Assembly (NCBI GenBank): GCA_035529855.1
Contig: DATKVX010000042.1
Span: 8,653 to 72,652 of the forward strand
From: a bacterium
GTDB lineage: Bacteria > RBG-13-66-14 > B26-G2 > WVWN01
Direction of reading: 5' to 3'
Length of the DNA: 64,000 nt
Shown here: positions 55,788 through 64,000 of the stretch, piece after piece
Layout: every line of letters starts with the position of its first letter
Position numbering within the stretch: the stretch's first letter is position 1
Notes under the pieces: model-generated
Told to the model about the DNA's origin: nothing
Database searches by the model: none
Seen by the model: the letters and a program-made list of their open reading frames with translations, nothing else
Translations under genes and position numbers: made by a program

Positions 55788-56801
55788 TCAGTCAACACGA
55801 TAAGTCCGTAGATGTTCGGCCACTTGTTCGGGGACGGTGGGGTTTATATAAAAACCGGTCCCCCACTCGAAACCCGCGACTTTCGCCAATTTCGGTATTA
55901 TCTCGATATGCCAGTGGTAATGCTTCAACTCGTCGAGGCCGCACGGCGCCGTATGGAGCACCAGGTTATACGGCGGCGTACCCAACAACCCGTCTACCTT
56001 CCCGATAACCAACTTTATATGGCTCGCTAAATGCTTTACCTCTTCCTCGACGATGTTTTTAAAAGAAGAGACGTGCCGCCTCGGTACGATTTGGATCTCA
56101 AACGGGAAGCGCGGCGCGAACGGAACGAACGACACGACCAGGTCGTCGGCGAATATTAGCCGCGCACCCTCGTCGGATTCTTGCCTTAGTATATCGCAGA
56201 AGACGCAACGGTCCTTATACTCGAAATGCGCCAGGCCGCCGGCGAGTTCTTCCGTTATGCGTTTCGGTACTACGGGGGTGGCGATAAGTTGGCAGTGGGG
56301 GTGTTCCAAACTAGCGCCGGCCACCTCACCTACGTTTTTAAATATTTGTATGTATTTGAAGCGCGTATCCTTCTCGAGGTCGGCCATACGGTCCACGAAC
56401 GCGTGCACCATCGCCTCCAACTGATGCAGCGGCATCCCCCCCAGCGTCGCGTCGTGGTCCGGCGTCTCTATAATGACCTCGTGCGCGCCGATGCCGTTCA
56501 TACGGTCGTATATTCCCTCGGCTCGGGCGTCGAGCTCGCCTTCGATTTGGAGCGCCGGATACTTATTGGGGACGACGCGCACCGTCCACCCCGGCGAATT
56601 GGGAGCCGACTCACCCGGCCTGTACGCCATAATCTCAGGCGGCGTCTGGTCCTCGCGGCCGGGGCAAAAAGGACAATTCCGCTTACCCTCCGACGTGGTG
56701 TGGGTATTCTCGATAGGTAAGAAATCCTGGGGCCTTTTCGCCCGCTCGGCGGCGATAATCACCCACCGCCCTACGACCGGGTCTCTCCTTAATTCGGGCA
56801 C
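55788..56801 (-). CDS. galT: Galactose-1-phosphate uridylyltransferase-family (GalT/HIT class I) nucleotidyltransferase.
   Basis: Zn site CPFCPG; active-site HPHCQ (the H-x-H-x-Q of GalT); 337 aa. Confidence 0.8.
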   Translation of the reverse strand: MPELRRDPVVGRWVIIAAERAKRPQDFLPIENTHTTSEGKRNCPFCPGREDQTPPEIMAYRPGESAPNSPGWTVRVVPNKYPALQIEGELDARAEGIYDRMNGIGAHEVIIETPDHDATLGGMPLHQLEAMVHAFVDRMADLEKDTRFKYIQIFKNVGEVAGASLEHPHCQLIATPVVPKRITEELAGGLAHFEYKDRCVFCDILRQESDEGARLIFADDLVVSFVPFAPRFPFEIQIVPRRHVSSFKNIVEEEVKHLASHIKLVIGKVDGLLGTPPYNLVLHTAPCGLDELKHYHWHIEIIPKLAKVAGFEWGTGFYINPTVPEQVAEHLRTYRVD

Positions 56802-56803
56802 CG

Positions 56804-57310
56804 CTACTTCCCGACCGCCTTCTTGGAACGCCGCGGGGCAACGGCTTCCTTGCCTTCTCCCGGCCCCATCAACTTGTGGAGTTCGTCCATAAACTCGCCG
56901 ACGTCGCGGAACGACCTGTAAACGGAGGCGAATCTTATGTAGGCGACCTCGTCCAACTCCTGAAGGGTCGCCATTACCCGTTCCCCTATCGCGCGGCTCG
57001 GTATCTCTCCTTCGTACGTCGCGCCGAGGTCACGTTCGATTTTCGTCACGAGGGCTACTATGTCGTCGTGCGACACCGGCCTCTTCTCGCAAGCCGTCAC
57101 GATACCCTTGATTATTTTCTCGCGGCTGAACGGTTGGCGCGTACCGTCCTTCTTGATAACCAGCATGGGGACGTCTTCGCGCCGCTCGTACGTCGTAAAA
57201 CGGCGGCCGCAGGACCGACACTCGCGGCGGCGCCTGATTACGTGGCCGTCGTCGACCGCCCGCGAGTCGACTACCCTATCCTCCACCTTCGCGCAGTAGG
57301 GGCACCTCAT
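56804..57310 (-). CDS. nrdR: Transcriptional repressor NrdR.
   Basis: N-terminal zinc ribbon MRCPYC...CRSC plus an ATP-cone; 168 aa. Confidence 0.9.
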   Translation of the reverse strand: MRCPYCAKVEDRVVDSRAVDDGHVIRRRRECRSCGRRFTTYERREDVPMLVIKKDGTRQPFSREKIIKGIVTACEKRPVSHDDIVALVTKIERDLGATYEGEIPSRAIGERVMATLQELDEVAYIRFASVYRSFRDVGEFMDELHKLMGPGEGKEAVAPRRSKKAVGK

Positions 57311-57915
57311 TTCGGCCCTCCGCCCGGTTCTTCGCCGGTCCCGGCCCCAAGTTTCCTTCCGGCGTCCAAGCCGCGCATCTCCTTGTCGAGAATGTCGGCG
57401 TCGAGCTCGTGGGTGGAAAACGACTCAAGGCCGGGCGTGGCTTTGAAACCTTGGCCGCGGATGACGCTCCGGCCGCGTTCCAGCGTGCAATACGCGTCGG
57501 AGTATATCCGGCCCTTGTCCGAATCCCAATTGAGCTCCTCCGTCTTCAACACGGCCCCGTCCTTGCGCGACACCAGTACGACGTCGCCGCGCGCCTCCAT
57601 ATTGTGGCGCAACAGGTCTATAGTGCCCTCCCGGGCGGTGAGCGTCGAGCTATAGACGCCGTCCTCGTAGAAGTCCACGTGTACGACGAATACTTTAGCT
57701 TCGTTGGCATAGTCGTATATATCCGCCCGTTCGGCCTTCAACCGCCAGGAGATGTCCTCCCCGCTCGTTTCCGTGAGGGTGAAGTCGTCGATGACCTGCG
57801 TGGGCAAGTTCTTGGGCGGCGGCGGCAACTCCTCGTCGCCGTCGCGGCACCCGCCCGTCGCCCACGCCGCGACGGTCACCGCGCAGAAAGTAATTAGTAT
57901 TTCCCGTCTTCCCAT
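57307..57915 (-). CDS. lptC: LPS export periplasmic/inner-membrane protein LptC.
   Basis: N-terminal TM anchor and OstA-like beta-jellyroll; conserved position downstream of kdsD. Confidence 0.7.
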   Translation of the reverse strand: MGRREILITFCAVTVAAWATGGCRDGDEELPPPPKNLPTQVIDDFTLTETSGEDISWRLKAERADIYDYANEAKVFVVHVDFYEDGVYSSTLTAREGTIDLLRHNMEARGDVVLVSRKDGAVLKTEELNWDSDKGRIYSDAYCTLERGRSVIRGQGFKATPGLESFSTHELDADILDKEMRGLDAGRKLGAGTGEEPGGGPK

Positions 57916-58913
57916 CAGTCGAAATTCACGGTCGCGGCGCCGCGCCCCAGGATGTCGTGAATATGGATAATAGCCGTCGGCCGTCGCTCCCCGTCGAGCG
58001 CGAACAGAGCCGTAATCTGATACTTCTCCATAACGTGGAGAGCCCGGGCACCCGTAGCGTCGAACTCGATGGTTTTGGGGTCCTTCGTCATCACGTCGGC
58101 CGCGTTATGCTCGTCCGTGGCCAGGCCGCGCTCGTACGCCCGCCGCACGTCGCCGTCCGTAATCACGCCCATCAAGCGGCCTTCTTCGTCCACGACGGCG
58201 GTGACGCCGAAGGTCTTGGCGCTTATCTCCGCTACGGCTTGGGCGAACGAAGCGGTCTCGCCAACCTTTGGTATCTCGTCGCCGGCGTGCCCCAGCTCCG
58301 ACACCTTGGAGAGCAGCCGCCGGCCCAGCGTGCCGCCCGGGTGGACGGCGGCGAAATCCTCCTCCCCGAAATCACGTTTCCGCATGACGCACACCGCGAG
58401 CGCGTCCCCCATAACGAGGGCGGCGGTGGTGCTGGCGGTGGGGACGAGCCCCAAAGGACACGCCTCGCGGTCGACCGCCGTCTTTATGACGTAATCCGCT
58501 TCGCGCGCGAGCGACGAGGCCGGATTTCCGGTCATAGCTATGAGCGTCGCTCCCCTCTCCTTAAGCGCCGGTACGAGGGATAATATTTCGGGGCTTTCGC
58601 CGCTGTACGAGACGGCGACGGCGACGTCGCCCGGGCGGACCATACCCAAATCGCCGTGTGCCCCCTCCGCCGGGTGGAGGAAAAAAGAGGCCGTGCCGGT
58701 GGACGAAAGCGTAGCCGCGATCTTCTGTGCGATTATGCCCGACTTCCCTATTCCCAATAAGACCGTACGGCCTTCGGAAGCCAGTATCGCTTCCGCGGCG
58801 CCCACGAAGCCGTCGTCGATATAGTCGGCCAAGGCGCGTACCGCCTCGGCCTCGATGGTTACGACCCGGCGGGCGTCTTTCTTCACGTCGTCGGCCATCA
58901 GTTGTCCGGCCAT
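57915..58913 (-). CDS. kdsD: Arabinose-5-phosphate isomerase (KpsF/GutQ family: SIS plus CBS pair).
   Basis: SIS motif GIGKSGIIAQKIAATLSSTGTASFFLHPAEGAHGDLG and a C-terminal CBS pair. Start set at MAGQL; the 87-codon upstream extension of the ORF is Arg-rich artefact. Confidence 0.9.
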   Translation of the reverse strand: MAGQLMADDVKKDARRVVTIEAEAVRALADYIDDGFVGAAEAILASEGRTVLLGIGKSGIIAQKIAATLSSTGTASFFLHPAEGAHGDLGMVRPGDVAVAVSYSGESPEILSLVPALKERGATLIAMTGNPASSLAREADYVIKTAVDREACPLGLVPTASTTAALVMGDALAVCVMRKRDFGEEDFAAVHPGGTLGRRLLSKVSELGHAGDEIPKVGETASFAQAVAEISAKTFGVTAVVDEEGRLMGVITDGDVRRAYERGLATDEHNAADVMTKDPKTIEFDATGARALHVMEKYQITALFALDGERRPTAIIHIHDILGRGAATVNFD

Positions 58914-59734
58914 CCTTTCACGCGCGAGTGGATTTCTAAACACTGCCGTAACACTTCGCCCAGCCGGGCCATGGGTAACATACTCGCCGCGTCGCACAAC
59001 GCTCGCTTCGGCTCGGGGTGAAACTCGAGGAAAAGGCCGTCTACGCCGACGCCGCAGGCCGCGCGCGCCAGCGGAAAGATGTAATCGCGTAAGCCCCCCT
59101 CCGGGTCGTCGCTGGTCGCACCGGGCAACCGAACTACGTGCGTTACGTCGAAGAATACGGGATAGCCGAAACACCGCAGCGTAACGAGCGAGCGGGGGTC
59201 GAAGACGATGTCGCCGTACCCGAAAGCCGAACCCCGCTCCGTAATCAGGATTTCGCGGTTACCGGCGGATTCGATTTTCCGCACCGGTATCGCGACTTGT
59301 TCCGGTTTAAAGAATTGAGCCTTTTTGACGTTTATCGGTTTGCCGGCCGCGGCCAAAGCCAGCGTCAGCTGCGTCTGCTTCGACAAGTAAGCCGGCAGTT
59401 GAAGGCAGTCCAAGGTTTCGCCGGCCGCGGCGACCTCGGCGGGGGTATGTACGTCCGAGAGGACCGGAACGCCCACCTCCTCGCGGACGCGGGAGAGAAC
59501 GGCGAGCCCTTTTTCGAGCCCCGGGCCCTGGTACGTCTCGTGGCTCGAGCGATTATCCTTGAGGTACGACGACTTGTAGACGTACGGAATACCCAGCTCG
59601 GCACAAACGCCCGCGGCGTACCGGGCCGTCTCGACGGCTAGCGCCTCGGTCTCGATGACGCACGGGCCCCCGATGAGCGCGAACGCGCCGCCGCCCACGG
59701 TTACGTCGCCTATTTTAACGGTCTTGGCTTGCAT
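58898..59734 (-). CDS. kdsA: 3-deoxy-8-phosphooctulonate (KDO-8-P) synthase.
   Basis: DAHM-synthase class I fold with IGGPCVIE, KSSYLK and the FDVTH motifs; 278 aa. Confidence 0.9.
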   Translation of the reverse strand: MQAKTVKIGDVTVGGGAFALIGGPCVIETEALAVETARYAAGVCAELGIPYVYKSSYLKDNRSSHETYQGPGLEKGLAVLSRVREEVGVPVLSDVHTPAEVAAAGETLDCLQLPAYLSKQTQLTLALAAAGKPINVKKAQFFKPEQVAIPVRKIESAGNREILITERGSAFGYGDIVFDPRSLVTLRCFGYPVFFDVTHVVRLPGATSDDPEGGLRDYIFPLARAACGVGVDGLFLEFHPEPKRALCDAASMLPMARLGEVLRQCLEIHSRVKGWPDN

Positions 59735-59755
59735 AACGCCGCGTCCAAACGCGCG

Positions 59756-61216
59756 CTAGAGTTCCATACCTACGGCCGCCAGTTTCTCCTTCCACGTGCG
59801 TAACGCGCCGTCCGCGTAAAACCGGTCTGCCAGGAACCCGAACGCTTTGGGTTCGCCCAGCGGTTCGCCGTATTCGCGCTCGAGATAACCGTGGACGGCG
59901 CGCTGGACCACCCTCGCGAGCATATAGTTCTTGCTGTACATCGGGTAAAGGAGCGGGAAGTACTGTTCCGCCCACATCCCGTCGTCGCCGTAGCGGTAAC
60001 CGAGGAAACGTTCGGCGTAGTCGTCCAACGTCGCGGCCAGGTCGCCGTCGGCGTTCCTGTAGGCGTCTATCTCGAAGCTCTGCGCCGCCATAAAACGGCG
60101 AACCCGAGCCGCGAAGGACTTCTCGGCGGCATCCGCTACGCGCGCGATTTCGTCCTCGGGCATCTTCGTGAACCGGCGCAGCCACGCCGGCCTGTCCACC
60201 AATAACGCCCACGTGTCGGCCATCGCCTCTGCGAAGAAGCCGGCGTCCCCGACTTTGAGGGAGAAATTTTCCGCGGCCGTGAACTTGCGGTGGACGGCGT
60301 GGCCGAACTCGTGGTACAGGACCCGCAAATCGGACATGCCGTCCTTTAAATTAAGGAGTATGCGGACGTCGTCGGGGATGCGTATCGCGAAACAAAGGCC
60401 GCCGTAAGGTATATCGGCGTCGGCGTGCAAAGCGATGCCCAGCGCCTCGAGGTCCAGGCCGAACCCTTTGACGACGTCGGCCAACGAGGGCAACGCGGCT
60501 TCGTTGGGGAAATATTTATCGTCGGCGGCGCAGAGCCGGTCCGTAACGTAATGCACGTCCCAGGGTTCTACCTTATCCAGTTGAAACCGGCCTACCCCCT
60601 CGGCCATCAGTTCTTCGTACGGTTGCCTCGTCGCCCGCTCGTATTTATCTATTAAATCCTTTAACTCCGATAACGTAAGCGCCTCTCCCTCCAACGCTAA
60701 GGAAGGGTAATCCTCATAACCCAAGGCTTGGGCCGCGTCGTTCCGCAAGCGATAAAGCCGCCGAGCCCGTTCGAATAGCTCCTCCCGGAGTTTACCCTCC
60801 GATTGGAACGCGCGCCGCCGCACGTCCCGGTCGGCCTCCTTAAAAAGTATACTCGTCTTTCGGTGGCGCGGGATTTCCTCTCCATCCAGCGTCGGCTTGA
60901 CGTTTATTACGATTTTCTGGATTTCTTCTTTTAGGTCTATTACGTCGTCGGTTTCCGCGCGCGCCAGCGTAACCCAATCGGAAACGATCTTGGCCCGCCT
61001 TCGGGAGGACGCGTCGTAGTCACCGGCCAGTATCGCCTCGCACGCCGCCGCGACTTCCGGGGCCAACAACGCGTCGCGCCGCCTTTTCTCGTGCGCGGCG
61101 ACGTCGACGTCGGCGTGTTCGTAATAAAGGCTGAAGACGTCTTCGCCCTCGGCCGCGTGCAGCGCCTCGAGCTCCCCCTCCACTTCTTTCAAACTGCGTA
61201 CGGGGTCTTCGGTCAC
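59756..61216 (-). CDS. HEXXH zinc metallopeptidase (M3/oligoendopeptidase-like).
   Basis: LYHEFGHAVH zinc-binding motif with a downstream glutamate; 486 aa; family assignment tentative. Confidence 0.55.
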   Translation of the reverse strand: MTEDPVRSLKEVEGELEALHAAEGEDVFSLYYEHADVDVAAHEKRRRDALLAPEVAAACEAILAGDYDASSRRRAKIVSDWVTLARAETDDVIDLKEEIQKIVINVKPTLDGEEIPRHRKTSILFKEADRDVRRRAFQSEGKLREELFERARRLYRLRNDAAQALGYEDYPSLALEGEALTLSELKDLIDKYERATRQPYEELMAEGVGRFQLDKVEPWDVHYVTDRLCAADDKYFPNEAALPSLADVVKGFGLDLEALGIALHADADIPYGGLCFAIRIPDDVRILLNLKDGMSDLRVLYHEFGHAVHRKFTAAENFSLKVGDAGFFAEAMADTWALLVDRPAWLRRFTKMPEDEIARVADAAEKSFAARVRRFMAAQSFEIDAYRNADGDLAATLDDYAERFLGYRYGDDGMWAEQYFPLLYPMYSKNYMLARVVQRAVHGYLEREYGEPLGEPKAFGFLADRFYADGALRTWKEKLAAVGMEL

Positions 61217-61228
61217 CCGTGGCCTCCT

Positions 61229-61744
61229 CTACTTTTTCTCTCGAAACGGCGAACGAAAACAAGTATTGCGGACCAGACAATCAACGCAGCAATAATTGCG
61301 GGAGACTAAATAGGCCGCAACGGCCGCGACGCCGAAAGCCGCGCAGGATATAACCGTAAACCAGGAAAATCTAAAAATTAAAAGATATAAAAAACCGCAA
61401 GCGGGTACGCCGGCGTACCAGTAACGCCAGAAATACGCCGCGAGCTTCGCCCCCCAACCGTCGTGGCTCACGCCGGGCCGGAACAATAACGCCGCGATTT
61501 TACCCAACCCCCGGGCGCATACGCCGTCGTAGTAGGCACAACTCGCGCAAACCAATTTAGGCTGGACGACGATATACCAGAACAAGCATACCGTTAGATA
61601 AGCACTCGCGAAAATGCCGCGCGCGATATCAAAGGTCCCCCAAAAACCGATAACGGGAGGAAGAGCCGTAACGACGGTTACGAGGCAGACCGCCTTGGTA
61701 GAATGACGTTCGCGGCCGAATATATACCGGTTTTCGCCTGTCAC
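61229..61744 (-). CDS. Cys-rich small membrane protein, function unknown.
   Basis: 4-5 hydrophobic helices; CASCAYYDGVC and NYCCVDC...NTC cysteine clusters; GTG start. Confidence 0.4.
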   Translation of the reverse strand: MTGENRYIFGRERHSTKAVCLVTVVTALPPVIGFWGTFDIARGIFASAYLTVCLFWYIVVQPKLVCASCAYYDGVCARGLGKIAALLFRPGVSHDGWGAKLAAYFWRYWYAGVPACGFLYLLIFRFSWFTVISCAAFGVAAVAAYLVSRNYCCVDCLVRNTCFRSPFREKK

Positions 61745-61930
61745 GCTCGCTTAACATGGAATCGCGGCCCCATCGCGCCACGTTGAGCGGCCGCAATTCG
61801 ATATTGCATAATTATAACATAAAATCTTACTTCCGTCTCTCGCTAAAGGTTAAGCGGTTACCGTAAACACTTGATAATCAACCACTTATGCGACACCCTC
61901 GCTTCGCTTTCTATAGTCCGGCCTCCTCCC

Positions 61931-63859
61931 TTAGCGTCCTCGACGTATCGTTTTTGAGCCGGAATTGATTTTTCCGGGTTCACGGCGGTAAATTACTATA
62001 CGGTTAACGTACAGGTCGCGGTTGCTTCCCGACGCCGCGTCGTAGTAATCGTTGCGAAAAGCCGCTTCCACTTCGTGAGGGCCGGCGCCCAGCTCGCACT
62101 CCAGCTCGTAGAAACGCCAGAACGCCGCGTCGACGGTGGCCGTCCCGCGTCGTACGCCGTCGACGGCGACCTCCATAACCGGCCAAATCCCCTCGGCCTG
62201 CGCCCCGGAGGCCTGAACGCACAATACGTAACGGCCCGCTTTCGCTATAAAGACGTCGGCCTTGGCGACGTCGCCGGTTTGCCCGAGGACGGCGCGGTCG
62301 GCGGTTTCGCTCGAGCCTTCGGCCTCGAATATTCGTACGTCGCGGATATCGTCGCCGTACTCGGTAAAACGGTAAAGCACTCTCTCGCCGCCCGGGAAAT
62401 TTAATACGGTCACCGGCTCCCCCGTTCTGAGCATCCTGAAAAATACGACGCGTACATCGCTCGCGCCGGGCCGTCCGTACAACGTCGGGTCGTCCCATTC
62501 GAAATCGGTGAAATACAAATTCCCGCCGGTCGCCGTATACTCCGGGAATCCGCACGACGCCGAAGCCTCGAGTTTCTCGGCCGCGTCGGCGGGCGGTTCG
62601 CAAAACGGCTGGGGGGTAGGCAACGTCCGCGTATGCCGGCTCAAGTAGTCGATCCAACAATTGACGTCCACGTGAGACATCAGTACCGCGTCTCCCGGTT
62701 CAGTAGCCGATACGATAACGCGCGCCGCTTCTTCCGACTCGTTTTTGCCGGCCAGCGTGGCCGGGTAGATTAAACGGTTGAAATTCAAAACCGCTAACGC
62801 GCACAAAGCGCAACCGGCGGCCACGTGGAACGCCCTGCGCGGCGGAACGGCCAGGCCGAAGAGCAGCCATATCGGCATCGTCGTCGCTATCCACCACTCC
62901 GCGTTTTCGGGTTCCCACCAGGAAAAGAAAATATGGAAGAACGCGAACCAAACGACCGCGGCGACCAACCACCGCCGCTTCTCGCGCCACAAACGTCGCG
63001 CCGCCGCGGCCACCGTGCCCAAAGCACCGGCGAAAACTAGTACCGCCGGGATGTAATTTCGCGACAACGCCCCAAGCGTAAGCGTTTTACCGGCGTCGAA
63101 AGGGCTGGGTCCCGCCGCCACCGCGCTCAGCATCGTCAAGTAGCCTCGCGCCAGCCGCTCGCGCGTAAAATAACCCCAATCTCCCCACCAGAAATAATGA
63201 GTTACCCACTTGACCCACCCGCCCCATCCACGGACGCGGTAATAGAGTGCCGGTACCAGCACGTACGGGATAATAACTATAAAGCCGTACGCCGCCAAAA
63301 ATAAGCCGAGCCTGGCGAAGCGCCCCCTTCTTCCCCACCCTACGACGAGCGCGCATACCGGGATAAAAAGAATTATGATCTGGTGGAAAAGGGTCCCCAG
63401 GCCGAGCCAACACGCCAGCGCGAAAATCGTTTTATAGCTCACCCGGGCCGCGGTTAAAATATACAACCCGCCGGCCAAAAACAACGCCACCAAAGCCAAA
63501 ACCTCGGCCTCGCCGGCGAAGTACCACCAAGACGCGGAGAGGGCCGCCGCCGCGGCCGCGAGGAAAGCCCCGGATACGGTCGCGCCGAGGCGCCTTAGCG
63601 AGAGGTAAAATAACGTAGCCGCCGCAGCGGCGGAAGTCGCGGAGAGCGCGGCGATAGGCGTAAACTCGCCGCCCACGTAACCGAGCGAACGGGCGCCGCG
63701 CACGAGCAACCACGTCAGCGGCGTATAGAGGAGGTGATGCCAGTGAAAGAAAGGGTACGCGTCTTTTACGTCCGCCGCCAGCGCGTACAATACCGCGTCG
63801 GTCGGGTGGTTCTGGGACCTGAGAACGAAATAAAAAAACGCGAGGCTCACCGCGCCCAA
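61931..63859 (-). CDS. GT-C-fold (GT39/ArnT/PMT-like) membrane glycosyltransferase with a C-terminal carbohydrate-binding-module-like beta-sandwich domain.
   Basis: N-terminal loop DAVLYALAADVKD...FFHWHHLLYTPLTW reproduces the GT-C DE...HPPL signature; about 11 TM helices; C-terminal domain (WPVMEVAVDG...NDYYDA...RDLYVNRIVIYR) resembles a CBM. Confidence 0.55.
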   Translation of the reverse strand: MGAVSLAFFYFVLRSQNHPTDAVLYALAADVKDAYPFFHWHHLLYTPLTWLLVRGARSLGYVGGEFTPIAALSATSAAAAATLFYLSLRRLGATVSGAFLAAAAAALSASWWYFAGEAEVLALVALFLAGGLYILTAARVSYKTIFALACWLGLGTLFHQIIILFIPVCALVVGWGRRGRFARLGLFLAAYGFIVIIPYVLVPALYYRVRGWGGWVKWVTHYFWWGDWGYFTRERLARGYLTMLSAVAAGPSPFDAGKTLTLGALSRNYIPAVLVFAGALGTVAAAARRLWREKRRWLVAAVVWFAFFHIFFSWWEPENAEWWIATTMPIWLLFGLAVPPRRAFHVAAGCALCALAVLNFNRLIYPATLAGKNESEEAARVIVSATEPGDAVLMSHVDVNCWIDYLSRHTRTLPTPQPFCEPPADAAEKLEASASCGFPEYTATGGNLYFTDFEWDDPTLYGRPGASDVRVVFFRMLRTGEPVTVLNFPGGERVLYRFTEYGDDIRDVRIFEAEGSSETADRAVLGQTGDVAKADVFIAKAGRYVLCVQASGAQAEGIWPVMEVAVDGVRRGTATVDAAFWRFYELECELGAGPHEVEAAFRNDYYDAASGSNRDLYVNRIVIYRREPGKINSGSKTIRRGR

Positions 63860-64000
63860 CGCGGCTGCGAGCCGTTCGCGTCGCGAAATATTTAATCGGT
63901 TATTCGTTATCGCCGTCGCTGGCGGCGGCGGACGCCGTCTTATCCGTACGCGAGGTCGCGGGCGCGGCAGAGGTCGTCGTATATCTGTTGTTTATATGCG

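Noticed and set aside
57915-59174. A 419-aa version of KdsD with an 87-codon N-terminal extension.
   Set aside because: The extension is Arg-rich nonsense lying inside kdsA on the same strand in another frame. KpsF/GutQ homology begins at MAGQLMADDV (start 58913).

Overview
High-GC (~65-68%) window from a Gram-negative-type bacterial chromosome. LPS genes are present: lptA-like/lptB upstream of rpoN, and lptC-kdsD-kdsA. Coding is dense on both strands and almost entirely housekeeping. I found no transposase, integrase, phage gene, CRISPR array or restriction-modification system. I count about 70 CDS and three tRNAs. Many overlapping Arg/Ala/Pro-rich ORFs in the six-frame track are GC-frame artefacts and were ignored.

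Main gene blocks, in order:
- cdd (truncated at the window start), a DUF362 ferredoxin-domain protein, nfi, a nitroreductase, an L,D-transpeptidase, lgt and asnS.
- A ClC channel followed by two tandem CNNM/CorC paralogues.
- A putative signalling operon: DUF4388 / GAF-HD-GYP / hypothetical / DUF3795, with a C_GCAxxG_C_C protein next.
- deoA, then two tandem paralogous GT-C-like polytopic membrane glycosyltransferases with clearly different base composition.
- lptA-like - lptB - rpoN - (lpdA - lipA) - hpf - ptsN - hprK. After that a complete mannose-family PTS (EIIA, EIIB, EIIC, EIID) with a GH57 alpha-glucan enzyme inserted between IIB and IIC, then ptsH - ptsI.
- DUF4416 - tsaE - tsaB - rimI.
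- Minus strand: queD - queC - DUF366 - queE, then coaE.
- nadA - nadC, a MerR regulator, two tRNA-Pro, a LOG-like protein, acyP, a sigma-70 factor, apt and tRNA-Arg.
- A translationally coupled cassette: (3x DUF4339/GYF-like + Pro-rich linker + RDD membrane domain) - hypothetical - secreted protein - TPR protein; then sppA, DUF4349 and an HU/IHF gene.
- An unannotated 29-codon, highly basic bS22-like mini-ORF.
- Minus strand: glgA - galT-like - nrdR - lptC - kdsD - kdsA, an HEXXH metallopeptidase, a Cys-rich membrane protein, and a third GT-C-like glycosyltransferase with a C-terminal carbohydrate-binding-like domain.

Most worth a second look:
- The PTS operon interrupted by GH57.
- The composition-divergent tandem GT-C pair.
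- The glgA / galT-like pairing with no visible glgC.
- The GYF-like-RDD envelope cassette.
- The bS22-like mini-ORF.
- DUF366 embedded in the queuosine operon.
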